Of a stretch of 64,000 nucleotides of DNA, positions 20,348 to 30,019 are shown piece after piece. A program made the position numbers and the translations under genes. The notes below the pieces were generated by a model. The model was not told the DNA's origin. It did not search any database and was given only the letters and a program-made list of their open reading frames with translations. The DNA is from Candidatus Pacebacteria bacterium UBA6180 (lineage in GTDB: Bacteria > Patescibacteriota > Microgenomatia > UBA1400 > PJMF01), in assembly GCA_002422165.1 (NCBI GenBank), contig DITQ01000008.1, forward strand, positions 125,082-189,081, in the 5' to 3' direction. Within the stretch, counting starts at the first letter, position 1. Each line of letters begins with the position of its first letter.

Positions 20348-21226
20348 ATGAGCAAAATTCCCCTACTTGGCACAGGCCTCAACGGTTTGGTTGGTTCGAA
20401 ATTTGTAGCTGATTTTGGCGACATTTATGATTTTACCAATCTCGACTTGCGTCACTCTCAACAACCGACAGATATCACAAACCAACAGCAGGTTTATACA
20501 GCTCTAAACAACTCCAGTGCCAAATTTGTCGTTCACATGGCTGCTTACACCGACGTCACTGGCGCCTTTCAACAAACCGGAGACCAAACTGCACCATGCT
20601 ACCAAATCAACGTTAAGGGCACAGAAAATTTGGTCAGAGCCTGCAACGCAACTGACAAGCACCTAATCCATCTCTCCACCGCCTATGTTTTTGATGGCGA
20701 GAAAAAGGAAGCTTATAAAGAAACCGATTCAACCAATCCAATCGAGTGGTATGGTCAAACTAAAGCCCTGGCTGAAGAAGTAGTGATGAAAGATGCAAAA
20801 ACTTGGACCATCTTGCGTATCGACCAACCTTTCCGCAACGACATTTTTCCTAAAGTTGACACTCTGCACCGCATCATCGAGGGTATGCGCAGTGATCAAC
20901 TCCATCCACAGTTCACTGACCACCATTTCGGACCCACCTATATCAATGATTTCGTCAAAATTATTGATCTCGTCATTCGCCAACGCATGATTGGCCTCTA
21001 TCATGCTTCTTCTGGGGAGTCTTGGACTGACTACGAGTTTGCCAAAGCCGTCAATAACATTTTACAGCTTGATTTTGAAGTTCGGCGGGGTTCACTTGCT
21101 AAGTATTTGAAAACAAGTCGCCGGCCCTATCAAAAGAACACGGCTTTAAACATCGACAAGCTCAAAAAGTTTTTAGATTTCAAACCAAGATCTATCAAAC
21201 AAGCAATTGGTGAAACTATTCTTTAG
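20348..21226 (+). CDS. rmlD: dTDP-4-dehydrorhamnose reductase-like SDR
   Basis: GTGLNGLVG, HMAAYTDV, LSTAYVFDG, YGQTK; directly after rmlB. Confidence 0.8.
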   Translation: MSKIPLLGTGLNGLVGSKFVADFGDIYDFTNLDLRHSQQPTDITNQQQVYTALNNSSAKFVVHMAAYTDVTGAFQQTGDQTAPCYQINVKGTENLVRACNATDKHLIHLSTAYVFDGEKKEAYKETDSTNPIEWYGQTKALAEEVVMKDAKTWTILRIDQPFRNDIFPKVDTLHRIIEGMRSDQLHPQFTDHHFGPTYINDFVKIIDLVIRQRMIGLYHASSGESWTDYEFAKAVNNILQLDFEVRRGSLAKYLKTSRRPYQKNTALNIDKLKKFLDFKPRSIKQAIGETIL

Positions 21227-21244
21227 TGATAGAATCTAAATATT

Positions 21245-21433
21245 ATGATTGAAAAACTACCAGAAGAAGATGTTATTGCCAACATAACTAGAAGAATGAG
21301 TGTTGAAGGTGCTGATTACTTGGAAAAAGAACGCAAGCGATTGAAAGAGCTGAAGGAAAAAGGAGTTGAGATTCCAGTAGAGATCATCGAAGCTGTTGGT
21401 GATTTAGAACCAGAGAATTCAATGGAAAAATAG
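21245..21433 (+). CDS. Small charged hypothetical protein (62 aa)
   Basis: Fills the intergenic gap; preceded by TGaTAGAAT 9 nt upstream. Confidence 0.55.
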   Translation: MIEKLPEEDVIANITRRMSVEGADYLEKERKRLKELKEKGVEIPVEIIEAVGDLEPENSMEK

Positions 21434-21441
21434 CTCTTATC

Positions 21442-22083
21442 TTATTTTCCACTTCTCCATTTTTTAATTTTCTCGTGATCCCCAGACAATAGCACTTCCG
21501 GCACTTCCCAACCACGATAAACAGCTGGCTTGGTGAATTGTGGATGAGCTAATTTGCCAGGAAAATTGTGCGATTCATCTTGATTGCTGGCTTCATTGCC
21601 AAGAACCCCAGGCAACAAGCGCGTCACTGCGTCAGCCATCACTATGGCTGCCGCCTCGCCGCCAGTCAACACGTAATCGCCGACTCGCACTTCAGCATCC
21701 ACTAAGTGTAGGGCAACTCGCTCATCGACCCCTTCATAGTGACCACAGATTATGGTCAGTTCTTGCAGTTTAGCTAAATGCTGAGCTCCTTTTTGAGTAA
21801 ACATTTCGCCTTTGGCTGAAGTTAGAATGATTTGCCTATCAACTTGGCCTTTGGCTACTCCCAAAGATACCAGAGCGCGGTCAATTGGCTCGACCATCAT
21901 CACCATCCCTGGTCCGCCGCCAAAAGGGCGCTGATCAGTGGTTTGGTGCTTATCAGTGGTGAAGTCACGCAAATTCAGCACACGAAATTCAACTAACTCC
22001 TTGGCCACGGCGCGTTTGAGAATAGAAGTTTGCAAAGGTGTCGTGAAAAAATCTGGAAAGATGGTCAAAAAATTAATTTTCAT
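21442..22083 (-). CDS. trmD: tRNA (guanine-N1)-methyltransferase
   Basis: MKINFLTIFP start at 22083; DQRPFGGGPGMV, CGHYEGVDER, GDYVLTGGE, VPEVLLSGDH. Confidence 0.97.
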   Translation of the reverse strand: MKINFLTIFPDFFTTPLQTSILKRAVAKELVEFRVLNLRDFTTDKHQTTDQRPFGGGPGMVMMVEPIDRALVSLGVAKGQVDRQIILTSAKGEMFTQKGAQHLAKLQELTIICGHYEGVDERVALHLVDAEVRVGDYVLTGGEAAAIVMADAVTRLLPGVLGNEASNQDESHNFPGKLAHPQFTKPAVYRGWEVPEVLLSGDHEKIKKWRSGK

Positions 22084-22131
22084 AAAATCGTGATGGTTTT
22101 TCCTTAGCAATGTGGTTATTATACTAGACAT

Positions 22132-23412
22132 ATGAACGTAACTGTTATTGGGACTGGTTTTGTGGGAGTAGTGTCGGCAGCGGTTTATGCTTCCCTTGGT
22201 CACCAAGTGATCGGACTAGACGTCGACGAGAATAAAATCAAAATGCTTAAGCAAGGCCAAGTGCCATTTTATGAACCAGATTTGCAGGAACTTCTTCTCG
22301 AACAGCAAAAAACCAGCCAATTGGAATTCACCACTTCATACGAAGAAGCTATTGGCGAAGCAGAGATTATCATTGTCGCTGTTGGCACCCCTTCGGCTCC
22401 TGACGAAACCGCAGACTTGCGCTACGTTCTGGCGAGCAGCGATTCGATGGCGCCTTACCTTCAAGAAAATGTTATCGTTGCTATCAAGTCGACAGTGCCG
22501 CCGGGCACTCTCGAAAAAGTCACTCAAACTATCAAGAAGAAAACTCAAGTCAAATTCTATGGGGCTTCTTTACCTGAATTTTTACGTGAAGGTTCGGCCG
22601 TCCATGATACTCTCCACCCCGATCGAATTGTCATAGGTGCAGAAGATAATTTTGTTTTCGAGAAACTTGAAAAGCTACATGTCAAACTTAAAGCTTCAAT
22701 AGTACGTTGTAGCATCCCTTCCGCCCAAATGGCCAAATACACCGCCAATGCTTATTTGGCGACTCGAATCACTTTCATTAACGAAATTGCCAACCTCTGC
22801 GAGAAAAATGGCGCCAACATCGATGAAATAATTCAAGCCATCGGTTATGACAAACGCATCGGGCCTCACTACTGGTACCCAGGTCTTGGTTATGGTGGCT
22901 CTTGTTTCCCTAAAGACGTCAAGGAGTTAGCTGCCTATTCACGCAGCGTTGGCGAGGATGGCAACTTACTCAACCGTATTAATGAGATCAATAAAGCCCG
23001 CATTTTTCGTTTGCTAGACAGGTTTGAGCAAGAAACCGGTGGCTTCGAAAGCAAAACTATCGCTCTGCTTGGCTTAGCTTTTAAACCCAACACCGATGAT
23101 ATGCGCGAAGCCCCCTCTACCAAGATTATTCCTTACCTTAGCAAACAAGGTGCTAAAATCCAAAGCTATGACCCCATGGCTAAATACCAAAATTCAGATG
23201 GTGACCGACATACACAAGTTGCGACTATCGAAACAGCCTGTGCCGGTGCCGACATTATTATGGCAGTGGTAGAGTGGCCTGATATTGTCAACTTTGATTT
23301 CTCGACTGTCAAAACCGAGCAGACTCAATTTTTCATCGATACACGCAACCAATTCTCTGCTAGCAAAATCGAGTCTTCAGGCTATAAATATTTAGGTGTT
23401 GGAAAAAAATAA
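22132..23412 (+). CDS. ugd: UDP-glucose/GDP-mannose 6-dehydrogenase family protein
   Basis: GTGFVG, KSTVPPGT, PEFLREGSA, GYGGSCFPKD, GLAFKPNTDDMRE. Confidence 0.93.
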   Translation: MNVTVIGTGFVGVVSAAVYASLGHQVIGLDVDENKIKMLKQGQVPFYEPDLQELLLEQQKTSQLEFTTSYEEAIGEAEIIIVAVGTPSAPDETADLRYVLASSDSMAPYLQENVIVAIKSTVPPGTLEKVTQTIKKKTQVKFYGASLPEFLREGSAVHDTLHPDRIVIGAEDNFVFEKLEKLHVKLKASIVRCSIPSAQMAKYTANAYLATRITFINEIANLCEKNGANIDEIIQAIGYDKRIGPHYWYPGLGYGGSCFPKDVKELAAYSRSVGEDGNLLNRINEINKARIFRLLDRFEQETGGFESKTIALLGLAFKPNTDDMREAPSTKIIPYLSKQGAKIQSYDPMAKYQNSDGDRHTQVATIETACAGADIIMAVVEWPDIVNFDFSTVKTEQTQFFIDTRNQFSASKIESSGYKYLGVGKK

Positions 23413-24351
23413 ATGGCAAGAATTTTGATTACTGGTGGAACTGGCTTCGTTGCCTCTCATTTAGTTGAAGCGCTCCACAAGCGCGGTGAAGAAGACATTC
23501 ACCTCACCGCTTACAGAGATGAAGGAGAATTCGTCAAGCAATTTGTCAAAACCAAAAATATCCATCAATTAAATTTAGCTGACAAACAAGCCACTCTGGA
23601 TCTCATCCAAAAAATTCAACCAGATCAAATTTATCATTTAGCTTCGCTAGCCAGCGTTGGTGATAGTTTTGAAAAACAAAGTTTCGTACTTGAAATGAAT
23701 ATTGCCTTGCAAGTCAATTTGCTGGAGGCCATCAAACTTCACGTTCCAAAAACTAAACTCCTGCACATCAGCACTGCTTTGATTTATGCCAAAAGCAACC
23801 AGCCTCTCAATGAGCTGGCTACTGTGGGACCAGACAACCCTTACGCTTTGTCTAAATTCACTCAAGATTTGTTGACTCAAATTTTTAGTCAAAAAGAGAA
23901 CTTGCAAGCAGTCATCGCTCGCCCTTTTAATCACATTGGCGAACGACAAACCCTAGGTTTCGTCGTCGCTGATTGGGCCGCAGCAATTGCTCGCATTGAG
24001 CGAGGTGAACAGGAATCTTTACCAGTCGGCAACCTAAGCAGTGTTAGAGATTTCACTGATGTCAAAGATATGGTGCAGGCCTATATTTTGCTAATGGAAA
24101 AAGGCTTGCAAGGAGAAATTTATAATATTGGTTCTGGCCAAGGCGTAAAAATTCAAGAAATTTTAGATTTGCTCTGCTCCCTAGCGCAGAAGCCTATTGA
24201 AGTGATTGCTGATCCACAAAAAATTCGTCCGATTGACCTTCCTTCTCTTGTTTGCGACAATGAAAAGATCATGACACTTGGCTGGCAGCCAAAACATCAA
24301 TTAAAAGCTACTTTAGCAAGAATTTTAGAATACTGGAGAGAAAATCTATGA
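23413..24351 (+). CDS. rmd: GDP-4-keto-6-deoxy-D-mannose reductase-like extended SDR
   Basis: [46 protein letters not shown]; adjacent to gmd. Confidence 0.7.
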   Translation: MARILITGGTGFVASHLVEALHKRGEEDIHLTAYRDEGEFVKQFVKTKNIHQLNLADKQATLDLIQKIQPDQIYHLASLASVGDSFEKQSFVLEMNIALQVNLLEAIKLHVPKTKLLHISTALIYAKSNQPLNELATVGPDNPYALSKFTQDLLTQIFSQKENLQAVIARPFNHIGERQTLGFVVADWAAAIARIERGEQESLPVGNLSSVRDFTDVKDMVQAYILLMEKGLQGEIYNIGSGQGVKIQEILDLLCSLAQKPIEVIADPQKIRPIDLPSLVCDNEKIMTLGWQPKHQLKATLARILEYWRENL

Positions 24352-25325
24352 AAAAAGCATTTATCACCGGCATCACTGGCCAGGATGGTTCTTACTTGGC
24401 AGAATTACTTTTAAATAAGGGCTACAAAGTCTACGGCTTGACCAGACGCACCAGCACCCAAAATTTCGACCGCATCAAAGATATCATTCACAACCCCAAT
24501 CTAGAGTTAATTTCTGGAGATCTAATCGACCAGCATTCATTAACTTTTGCTCTCCAAGATATTCAGCCTGACGAAATTTATAACCTAGCCGCCCAATCTT
24601 TCGTCAAAGCTTCCTGGGAACAACCAGTTTTGACCGGAGAATTCACTGCCATCGGTGTCACCAGAGTTTTAGAAGCAATGCGCTTAGCTTGTCCTAAAGC
24701 CAAGTTTTACCAGGCTAGCTCAAGCGAAATGTTTGGCAAAGTGCGCGAAGTACCTCAAACTGAAGAAACCCCCTTTTACCCTCGCTCTCCCTATGGTGTG
24801 GCCAAGGTTTATGGTCACTGGATCACCGTCAATTATCGCGAATCATATGATATGTTCGCCGTCTCTGGTATTCTTTTCAATCATGAGTCGCCGCGCCGAG
24901 GACTCGAGTTCGTCACTCGTAAAATTAGCAATGCCGTCGCTCGCATCAAACTTGGCAAACAGAAATTTGTAGAGCTAGGTAATCTCGATGCCAAACGCGA
25001 CTGGGGCTATGCCAAAGACTATGTCGAGGCGATGTGGCTAATGTTGCAGCAAGATCGCGCTGATGATTACGTAGTGGCCACTGGCGAAACTCACAGCGTA
25101 CGCGAGTTTTTGGAAATCGCCTGCAAAGCAGTTAGCTTAGGCAACTACGAAGATTACTTCAGACATAATAAAAAATATGATCGCCCCGCCGAAGTTGATT
25201 TACTTATTGGCGATCCAACTAAAGCCAAAAAAGACTTAGGCTGGCAACCATCTGTCAGCTTTGAGGAATTAGTAACCTTGATGGTAGAAAAAGATCTGGA
25301 ATTCGAAAGTAAAAATCCCAATTAG
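24348..25325 (+). CDS. gmd: GDP-mannose 4,6-dehydratase
   Basis: [48 protein letters not shown]. Confidence 0.97.
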   Translation: MKKAFITGITGQDGSYLAELLLNKGYKVYGLTRRTSTQNFDRIKDIIHNPNLELISGDLIDQHSLTFALQDIQPDEIYNLAAQSFVKASWEQPVLTGEFTAIGVTRVLEAMRLACPKAKFYQASSSEMFGKVREVPQTEETPFYPRSPYGVAKVYGHWITVNYRESYDMFAVSGILFNHESPRRGLEFVTRKISNAVARIKLGKQKFVELGNLDAKRDWGYAKDYVEAMWLMLQQDRADDYVVATGETHSVREFLEIACKAVSLGNYEDYFRHNKKYDRPAEVDLLIGDPTKAKKDLGWQPSVSFEELVTLMVEKDLEFESKNPN

Positions 25326-25335
25326 AAATCACTTC

Positions 25336-26535
25336 ATGAAAATTGCCGTTGTCATCATTCCGACTTACAATGAAAAAGGGAATATTGTCAAAACTATCGA
25401 GGCTTTGGCAGTAGTTTTTCAAAAAATTAAAAATTACCAAATGAAAGTTTTGGTAGTTGATGACAGTTCGCCAGATGGCACAGCAGAAGTGGTTCGTCAG
25501 TTGCAAAAAAAGTTTAAATTTTTAGAATTGTTGGTCAATTCAAAAAAATCTGGTTTAGGCGGAGCCTACCTAAGCGGCATGAAGCAAGCCTTTGGTAAAA
25601 TCAGGGCTGATCTTGTTTTTGAGTTCGACGCCGACCTATCCCACGACCCAGCCAAAATTCCTGATTTTCTAAGCAAAATCGATGAAGGTAATGACTTCGT
25701 GCTTGGCTCACGCTATATAGCTGGCGGCTCTATTCCAGAAAATTGGGCTCTGCATCGTAAATTTTTAAGCATTTTTGGTAACTTATTTATCAATTTTTTG
25801 ATGTTAGACTTCTCCCTGCGAGACTGGACGACTGGCTTTCGCGCTATCAAGAAAAAAGTCTACTTGGCAGTAGAAGCGGAGCTTCACAGCGAACGGTTCT
25901 CTGGCTATACTTTTCAAATTGGCTTCTTACATAAAGCGCTGCGTAAAGGTTTTAAAATTGCTGAAGTACCCTTTGCCTTCAAAGACCGCGTGGTCGGCAA
26001 ATCAAAAATTGGCCCGGAATACATCAAAAATACTATGCTTTACCTTATTAGAGTCAGAGTTAAAGAGCTATTAGCTATGCGCATAATCCGTTTTGCAATG
26101 GTGGGTGCTTTTGGAGCTATAGTTCAACTTGTAGCGTTACAATTGTGGCGCATTATTTTTGCAACCGAAAAAACCTTTGTTATTGCCAACTTTCTCTCGA
26201 TAGAGACTGCTGTTATTTCCAACTTCATCTGGAGCAACTTCTGGACTTTCAAGGACCGCAAGCTCAAGGCAAGTCAAATTCCCTTAAGCTTCATCACCTT
26301 CAATCTCTCCAGCGCTGGTTCGATTTTGATTCAAAGCGTAATTGCCTACGTAACTGCTCACACGGTTGGTTTGGTGCCATTATTCGTGGTGCCAACCATC
26401 AACTACACGGTTGACACGGGAGTCGTTTCAGCCATCATCGGTATTTTGATTGGCATGTTTTGGAACTTTTTTGCTTACAATACTTTTATTTGGAAGAAGA
26501 AAAAAGTTGATGAAAAATCGCCTGTCACAAATTAA
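25336..26535 (+). CDS. Polyprenol-phosphate-mannose synthase-like GT2 fused to C-terminal GtrA domain
   Basis: IIPTYNE, VDDSSPDGT, GLGGAY, DADLSHDP, GSRYIAGG, DRVVGKSK; then 4 TM with RFAMVG, SNFIWSNFWTF, WNF (GtrA). Confidence 0.9.
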   Translation: MKIAVVIIPTYNEKGNIVKTIEALAVVFQKIKNYQMKVLVVDDSSPDGTAEVVRQLQKKFKFLELLVNSKKSGLGGAYLSGMKQAFGKIRADLVFEFDADLSHDPAKIPDFLSKIDEGNDFVLGSRYIAGGSIPENWALHRKFLSIFGNLFINFLMLDFSLRDWTTGFRAIKKKVYLAVEAELHSERFSGYTFQIGFLHKALRKGFKIAEVPFAFKDRVVGKSKIGPEYIKNTMLYLIRVRVKELLAMRIIRFAMVGAFGAIVQLVALQLWRIIFATEKTFVIANFLSIETAVISNFIWSNFWTFKDRKLKASQIPLSFITFNLSSAGSILIQSVIAYVTAHTVGLVPLFVVPTINYTVDTGVVSAIIGILIGMFWNFFAYNTFIWKKKKVDEKSPVTN

Positions 26536-28063
26536 GTTTGAGCAAATTTTTTTAGTGCTAATTTTATTAGCAGCTATTTTTTTACGTTTTTATAATCTAC
26601 GCGATTCTCTAATGTTTCAGGGTGATCAGGGCAGAGATGCGCTAGTGGTCTCACAAATTTTCAAAGATTTAGATCCAGTTTTCATCGGACCGGTCACTAG
26701 CATTGGCAACATGTATCTAGGACCTTTTTATTATTATTTTATGCTTCCATTTTTGATGCTAAGTTATCCTGATCCGATGGGACCGGTTTTTGCGGTAGCC
26801 GCGCTTGGAGTTATCACAGTTTGGCTGCTATTTAAGGTTACTCGACAAATTTTCGGCATTAAAACTGCCTATCTAGCAACTTTTTTCTTCACTTTCTCTG
26901 CGGCAGCAGTTAACCTAAGTCGCTTCAGTTGGAATCCCAATATTGCTCCATTTTTCAGTTTGCTGATGTTTTATTTCACTTATTTAGCTTGGCAAAAAAA
27001 CAGCAAATACTGGCTAGCCGCCGCCATATGTTTTAGCTTGCTCATCCAATTGCATTACGTCACTCTTTTATCTTTTTCTGGACCAGCAATAATTCTATTA
27101 ATTCAATTAGTCGAAAAATACAAACTTACTCCAAAAAAATTCTTCATCAATCAAAAAAAATTGTTTGGCCATCTTGCTCTTTCGATAATAATTTTTCTAG
27201 TTTCCCTAGCTCCACTAGTTTTATTTGACTTCAAACATGACTTTATAAATGCTCGTTCCTTTAGCACAATCGTTGTCAAAGAAGATAGTTTCAACTTAGA
27301 GAAAAAAGCTAGAAAAGCTGGCTTTGGCACTTTGCAGAAATATTTTACACTTGACCTCAAAGATCGTGCTTCACAAGTTTTATTTGAACCAAGCTTTGGT
27401 GTTCACACTGCCAACCACCCACTACTTTTTATTACTGTCGGCTTAACACTTTTTTACCTACTCAAAACCAAAGTTCGTCTCAAAAAAGGCGAGATAGTTT
27501 TACTTGCCTATTTAGTCCCAGGCATTATCGGCGTCAGCCTATACCAACACCAAATCTACGAACATTACATTGCCTACCTCTTTCCTTTTATTTATCTTTT
27601 TTACGCTTTATTTTTTAGCAAAATCCGAAGTAGGTGGTTGCTAACCATTTGTTTATTACCTTTCGTAGTTTTTTTCATAATTAATAACGCCGGTCGATAT
27701 TGGCTTCAAGACAATAGCTGGACTATTGACGATATGCGCCATACTAGCGAAGCTATATTCGAAAGGGTCAAGGAAGGCGAGAAATATAATATAGTTTTGC
27801 TATCTGAATCTCGTGATCTCTACGGTATGAACTATCGCTATTTCCTGCATACCATGAGACAAGCTCCGGTAAAAATGGAGGATCACCTCTTGGCCAAAAA
27901 ACTTTTCATCATCAACGAAGAAAAAGTTGCCGATGACGTAGTTAGCTTACCCATTTACGAAATCATTGTCTTCAGAGGTAAATATGTCAGTGAAATTTTT
28001 CAAATAGAAAATGGCCCAGAAATTACTGTTTTAACTCGCTATAATGAACAGTCGTCACTATGA
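26510..28063 (+). CDS. GT-C fold membrane glycosyltransferase (ArnT-like)
   Basis: LRFYNL, FQGDQGRD, LGPFYYY, SRFSWNPN. Start set at MKNRLSQ (26510). Confidence 0.85.
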   Translation: MKNRLSQIKFEQIFLVLILLAAIFLRFYNLRDSLMFQGDQGRDALVVSQIFKDLDPVFIGPVTSIGNMYLGPFYYYFMLPFLMLSYPDPMGPVFAVAALGVITVWLLFKVTRQIFGIKTAYLATFFFTFSAAAVNLSRFSWNPNIAPFFSLLMFYFTYLAWQKNSKYWLAAAICFSLLIQLHYVTLLSFSGPAIILLIQLVEKYKLTPKKFFINQKKLFGHLALSIIIFLVSLAPLVLFDFKHDFINARSFSTIVVKEDSFNLEKKARKAGFGTLQKYFTLDLKDRASQVLFEPSFGVHTANHPLLFITVGLTLFYLLKTKVRLKKGEIVLLAYLVPGIIGVSLYQHQIYEHYIAYLFPFIYLFYALFFSKIRSRWLLTICLLPFVVFFIINNAGRYWLQDNSWTIDDMRHTSEAIFERVKEGEKYNIVLLSESRDLYGMNYRYFLHTMRQAPVKMEDHLLAKKLFIINEEKVADDVVSLPIYEIIVFRGKYVSEIFQIENGPEITVLTRYNEQSSL

Positions 28064-28815
28064 AAACCTATCTTTCAGTCATTTTGCCCTCTTACAATGA
28101 AAGTAAAAACATTGCTCGCGGTGTTTTGACAGAAGTCTACCAATTTTTGCTCGACTACGAGAGATCTTGGGAGTTAGTACTATCTGACGATGGAAGCAGT
28201 GATGACACTCCAAAAAAACTGCAAGAATTTGCCAAGCAGGACTCTCGCATCAAAGTCATTCTCAATCCTCATCGTGGCAAGGGCCCAACAGTCAAGGCTG
28301 GCATGCTTAAAGCAGAAGGCAGCTGGCGACTTTTTACTGATTTCGACCAATCTACTCCTCTTCGAGAAATTCGCAAACTCCTCAAACATACCTCTTCTCA
28401 TGAGGTGATCATTGGTTCTAGAGAGATAGTTGGCGCCAAACGGGAAAAAGAGCCATTTTATCGCCACCTGATGGGTCGAGGCTTCAATCTAGTTGTACAG
28501 CTTTTGGCTGTTCAAGGCACTCAAGACACCCAGTGTGGCTTCAAGCTGTTTTCTGCAACGGCAAGTGAAAAATTATTTGGCAATTTACACATTTACTCAG
28601 GAAAAAGCGAACGCCAAGACGCTTTTACTGGCGCTTTTGACGTCGAGCTGCTTTACTTAGCCAAAAAATACCACTTCAGCGTCAAAGAAGTCCCCATCCT
28701 CTGGAAACACTTCGCTACTGATCGAGTCAACCCCTTGCGAGATTCTTTTTTGATGTTTGCCGATATTTTGCGTATCAAGCTAGCAGACTTGCGTGGCAAA
28801 TATCCTAAGAGCTAG
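28060..28815 (+). CDS. Dolichyl/polyprenyl-phosphate beta-glucosyltransferase-like GT2 (ALG5-like)
   Basis: SVILPSYNE, SDDGSSD, HRGKG, TDFDQSTP, DTQCGFKLF, FDVELL. Confidence 0.85.
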   Translation: MKTYLSVILPSYNESKNIARGVLTEVYQFLLDYERSWELVLSDDGSSDDTPKKLQEFAKQDSRIKVILNPHRGKGPTVKAGMLKAEGSWRLFTDFDQSTPLREIRKLLKHTSSHEVIIGSREIVGAKREKEPFYRHLMGRGFNLVVQLLAVQGTQDTQCGFKLFSATASEKLFGNLHIYSGKSERQDAFTGAFDVELLYLAKKYHFSVKEVPILWKHFATDRVNPLRDSFLMFADILRIKLADLRGKYPKS

Positions 28816-28834
28816 GTGGCGATATAAATGCAAA

Positions 28835-30019
28835 ATGAAAAAAGCCTTATTATTTAGTTATTTTGCTCTTTTTCTAATTTTTGCTGTTTTTTCTTTCGTA
28901 TTAACTGACCCTAATTTATTTTTACTCAAAGCCGACTGGTTCGTTAATTTTCAACTCTATCTCTGGCAAAATTTCCTCCCTCTGCAAACCTGGCGCACTG
29001 GGTTTTTTGTGGTTTTAGTGCTGCTGCTTTTTTGCAATTACATCCTCATCATTAAAAATTGGCCAAAATTAGAGTTGAATAGTCGCCGCGATTTTTGGCT
29101 GTTTCTAGCAGCTCTTAGTTTGCCACTAATTTTGTCTTATAACGCCCTTTCTTACGATCTTTTTAATTATATCTTCAACGCCAAGATGGTCATTGAGTTT
29201 GGTGCTAATCCGCACCTTAGAACTGCCTTGGAGTTTGCCGATGAGCCAATGTTGCGCTTCATGAACAATGTTCACACCGTGGCTCCATACGGTTATGGTT
29301 GGACAGGCTTGTCGCTTTTGCCTTACGCTCTTGCTGGCAGTAAATTTTTGGCTGCCTTCTTCTCTTTTAAGTTGTTTGCTTTGCTGTCTCTGTTGCTTTG
29401 TTTACTGATTAGTGAAAAACTTTTCACCAAGGTTAACTATCGCCAATTGGCCTTGTTTTTTCTAAATCCTTTAGTTCTAATCGAGGTGCTCAGCAGCGCC
29501 CATAACGATTTGTGGATGCTGTCGCCAGCCCTAGGGGCGCTCTACCTGGCAAGTAATTTTGAAAATAAAAAAACAACTAAGCTTTTATTAATTGTCCTGC
29601 TCCTTGGCATTTCTATTTCGATCAAATTCGCCACCATCCTACTACTTCCTTTTATTTTGTACTTGCTTTTGCAAAGCAAATTGCCCAAAATTCCCTACTT
29701 TTACGACTTGATGAGCTTAGCGATGTTTGCGCCACTCTTGACTGAGAGATCAAAACATTTTTTGCCCTGGTATTTACTCTGGGCTTTAATTTTTCTGCCT
29801 TGGCTCAAGAGTAGTCTCTGGCGACAGTTGCTGCTTGTCTTTTCGCTAAGTGCGCTGCTGCGCTACGTGCCTTGGATTTATTATTTGCCGTGGATGAGCT
29901 TTCATCTGGATACGAGCAATTTATTAGCCTATCAAAAAAGCGTTACCTGGCTAATTCCTGCTTTCTTCCTCTTGTCCAAAGGCCTGCTTGTCTTGTTTAA
30001 TAGAAGTCGTGCAAAATAA
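28835..30019 (+). CDS. GT-C glycosyltransferase (MptA/MptB-like)
   Basis: LSYDLFNY, APYGYGW, LNPLVLIEV...HND, IKF, PWY. Start set at MKKALL. Confidence 0.75.
   Translation: MKKALLFSYFALFLIFAVFSFVLTDPNLFLLKADWFVNFQLYLWQNFLPLQTWRTGFFVVLVLLLFCNYILIIKNWPKLELNSRRDFWLFLAALSLPLILSYNALSYDLFNYIFNAKMVIEFGANPHLRTALEFADEPMLRFMNNVHTVAPYGYGWTGLSLLPYALAGSKFLAAFFSFKLFALLSLLLCLLISEKLFTKVNYRQLALFFLNPLVLIEVLSSAHNDLWMLSPALGALYLASNFENKKTTKLLLIVLLLGISISIKFATILLLPFILYLLLQSKLPKIPYFYDLMSLAMFAPLLTERSKHFLPWYLLWALIFLPWLKSSLWRQLLLVFSLSALLRYVPWIYYLPWMSFHLDTSNLLAYQKSVTWLIPAFFLLSKGLLVLFNRSRAK

Noticed and set aside
22084-22206. N-terminal extension of trmD in the ORF track (likewise the extensions at 7660, 14910, 26450, 28793, 43021, 63765)
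   Set aside because: They overlap neighbouring genes; family-typical N-termini and -10 positions support the downstream starts.
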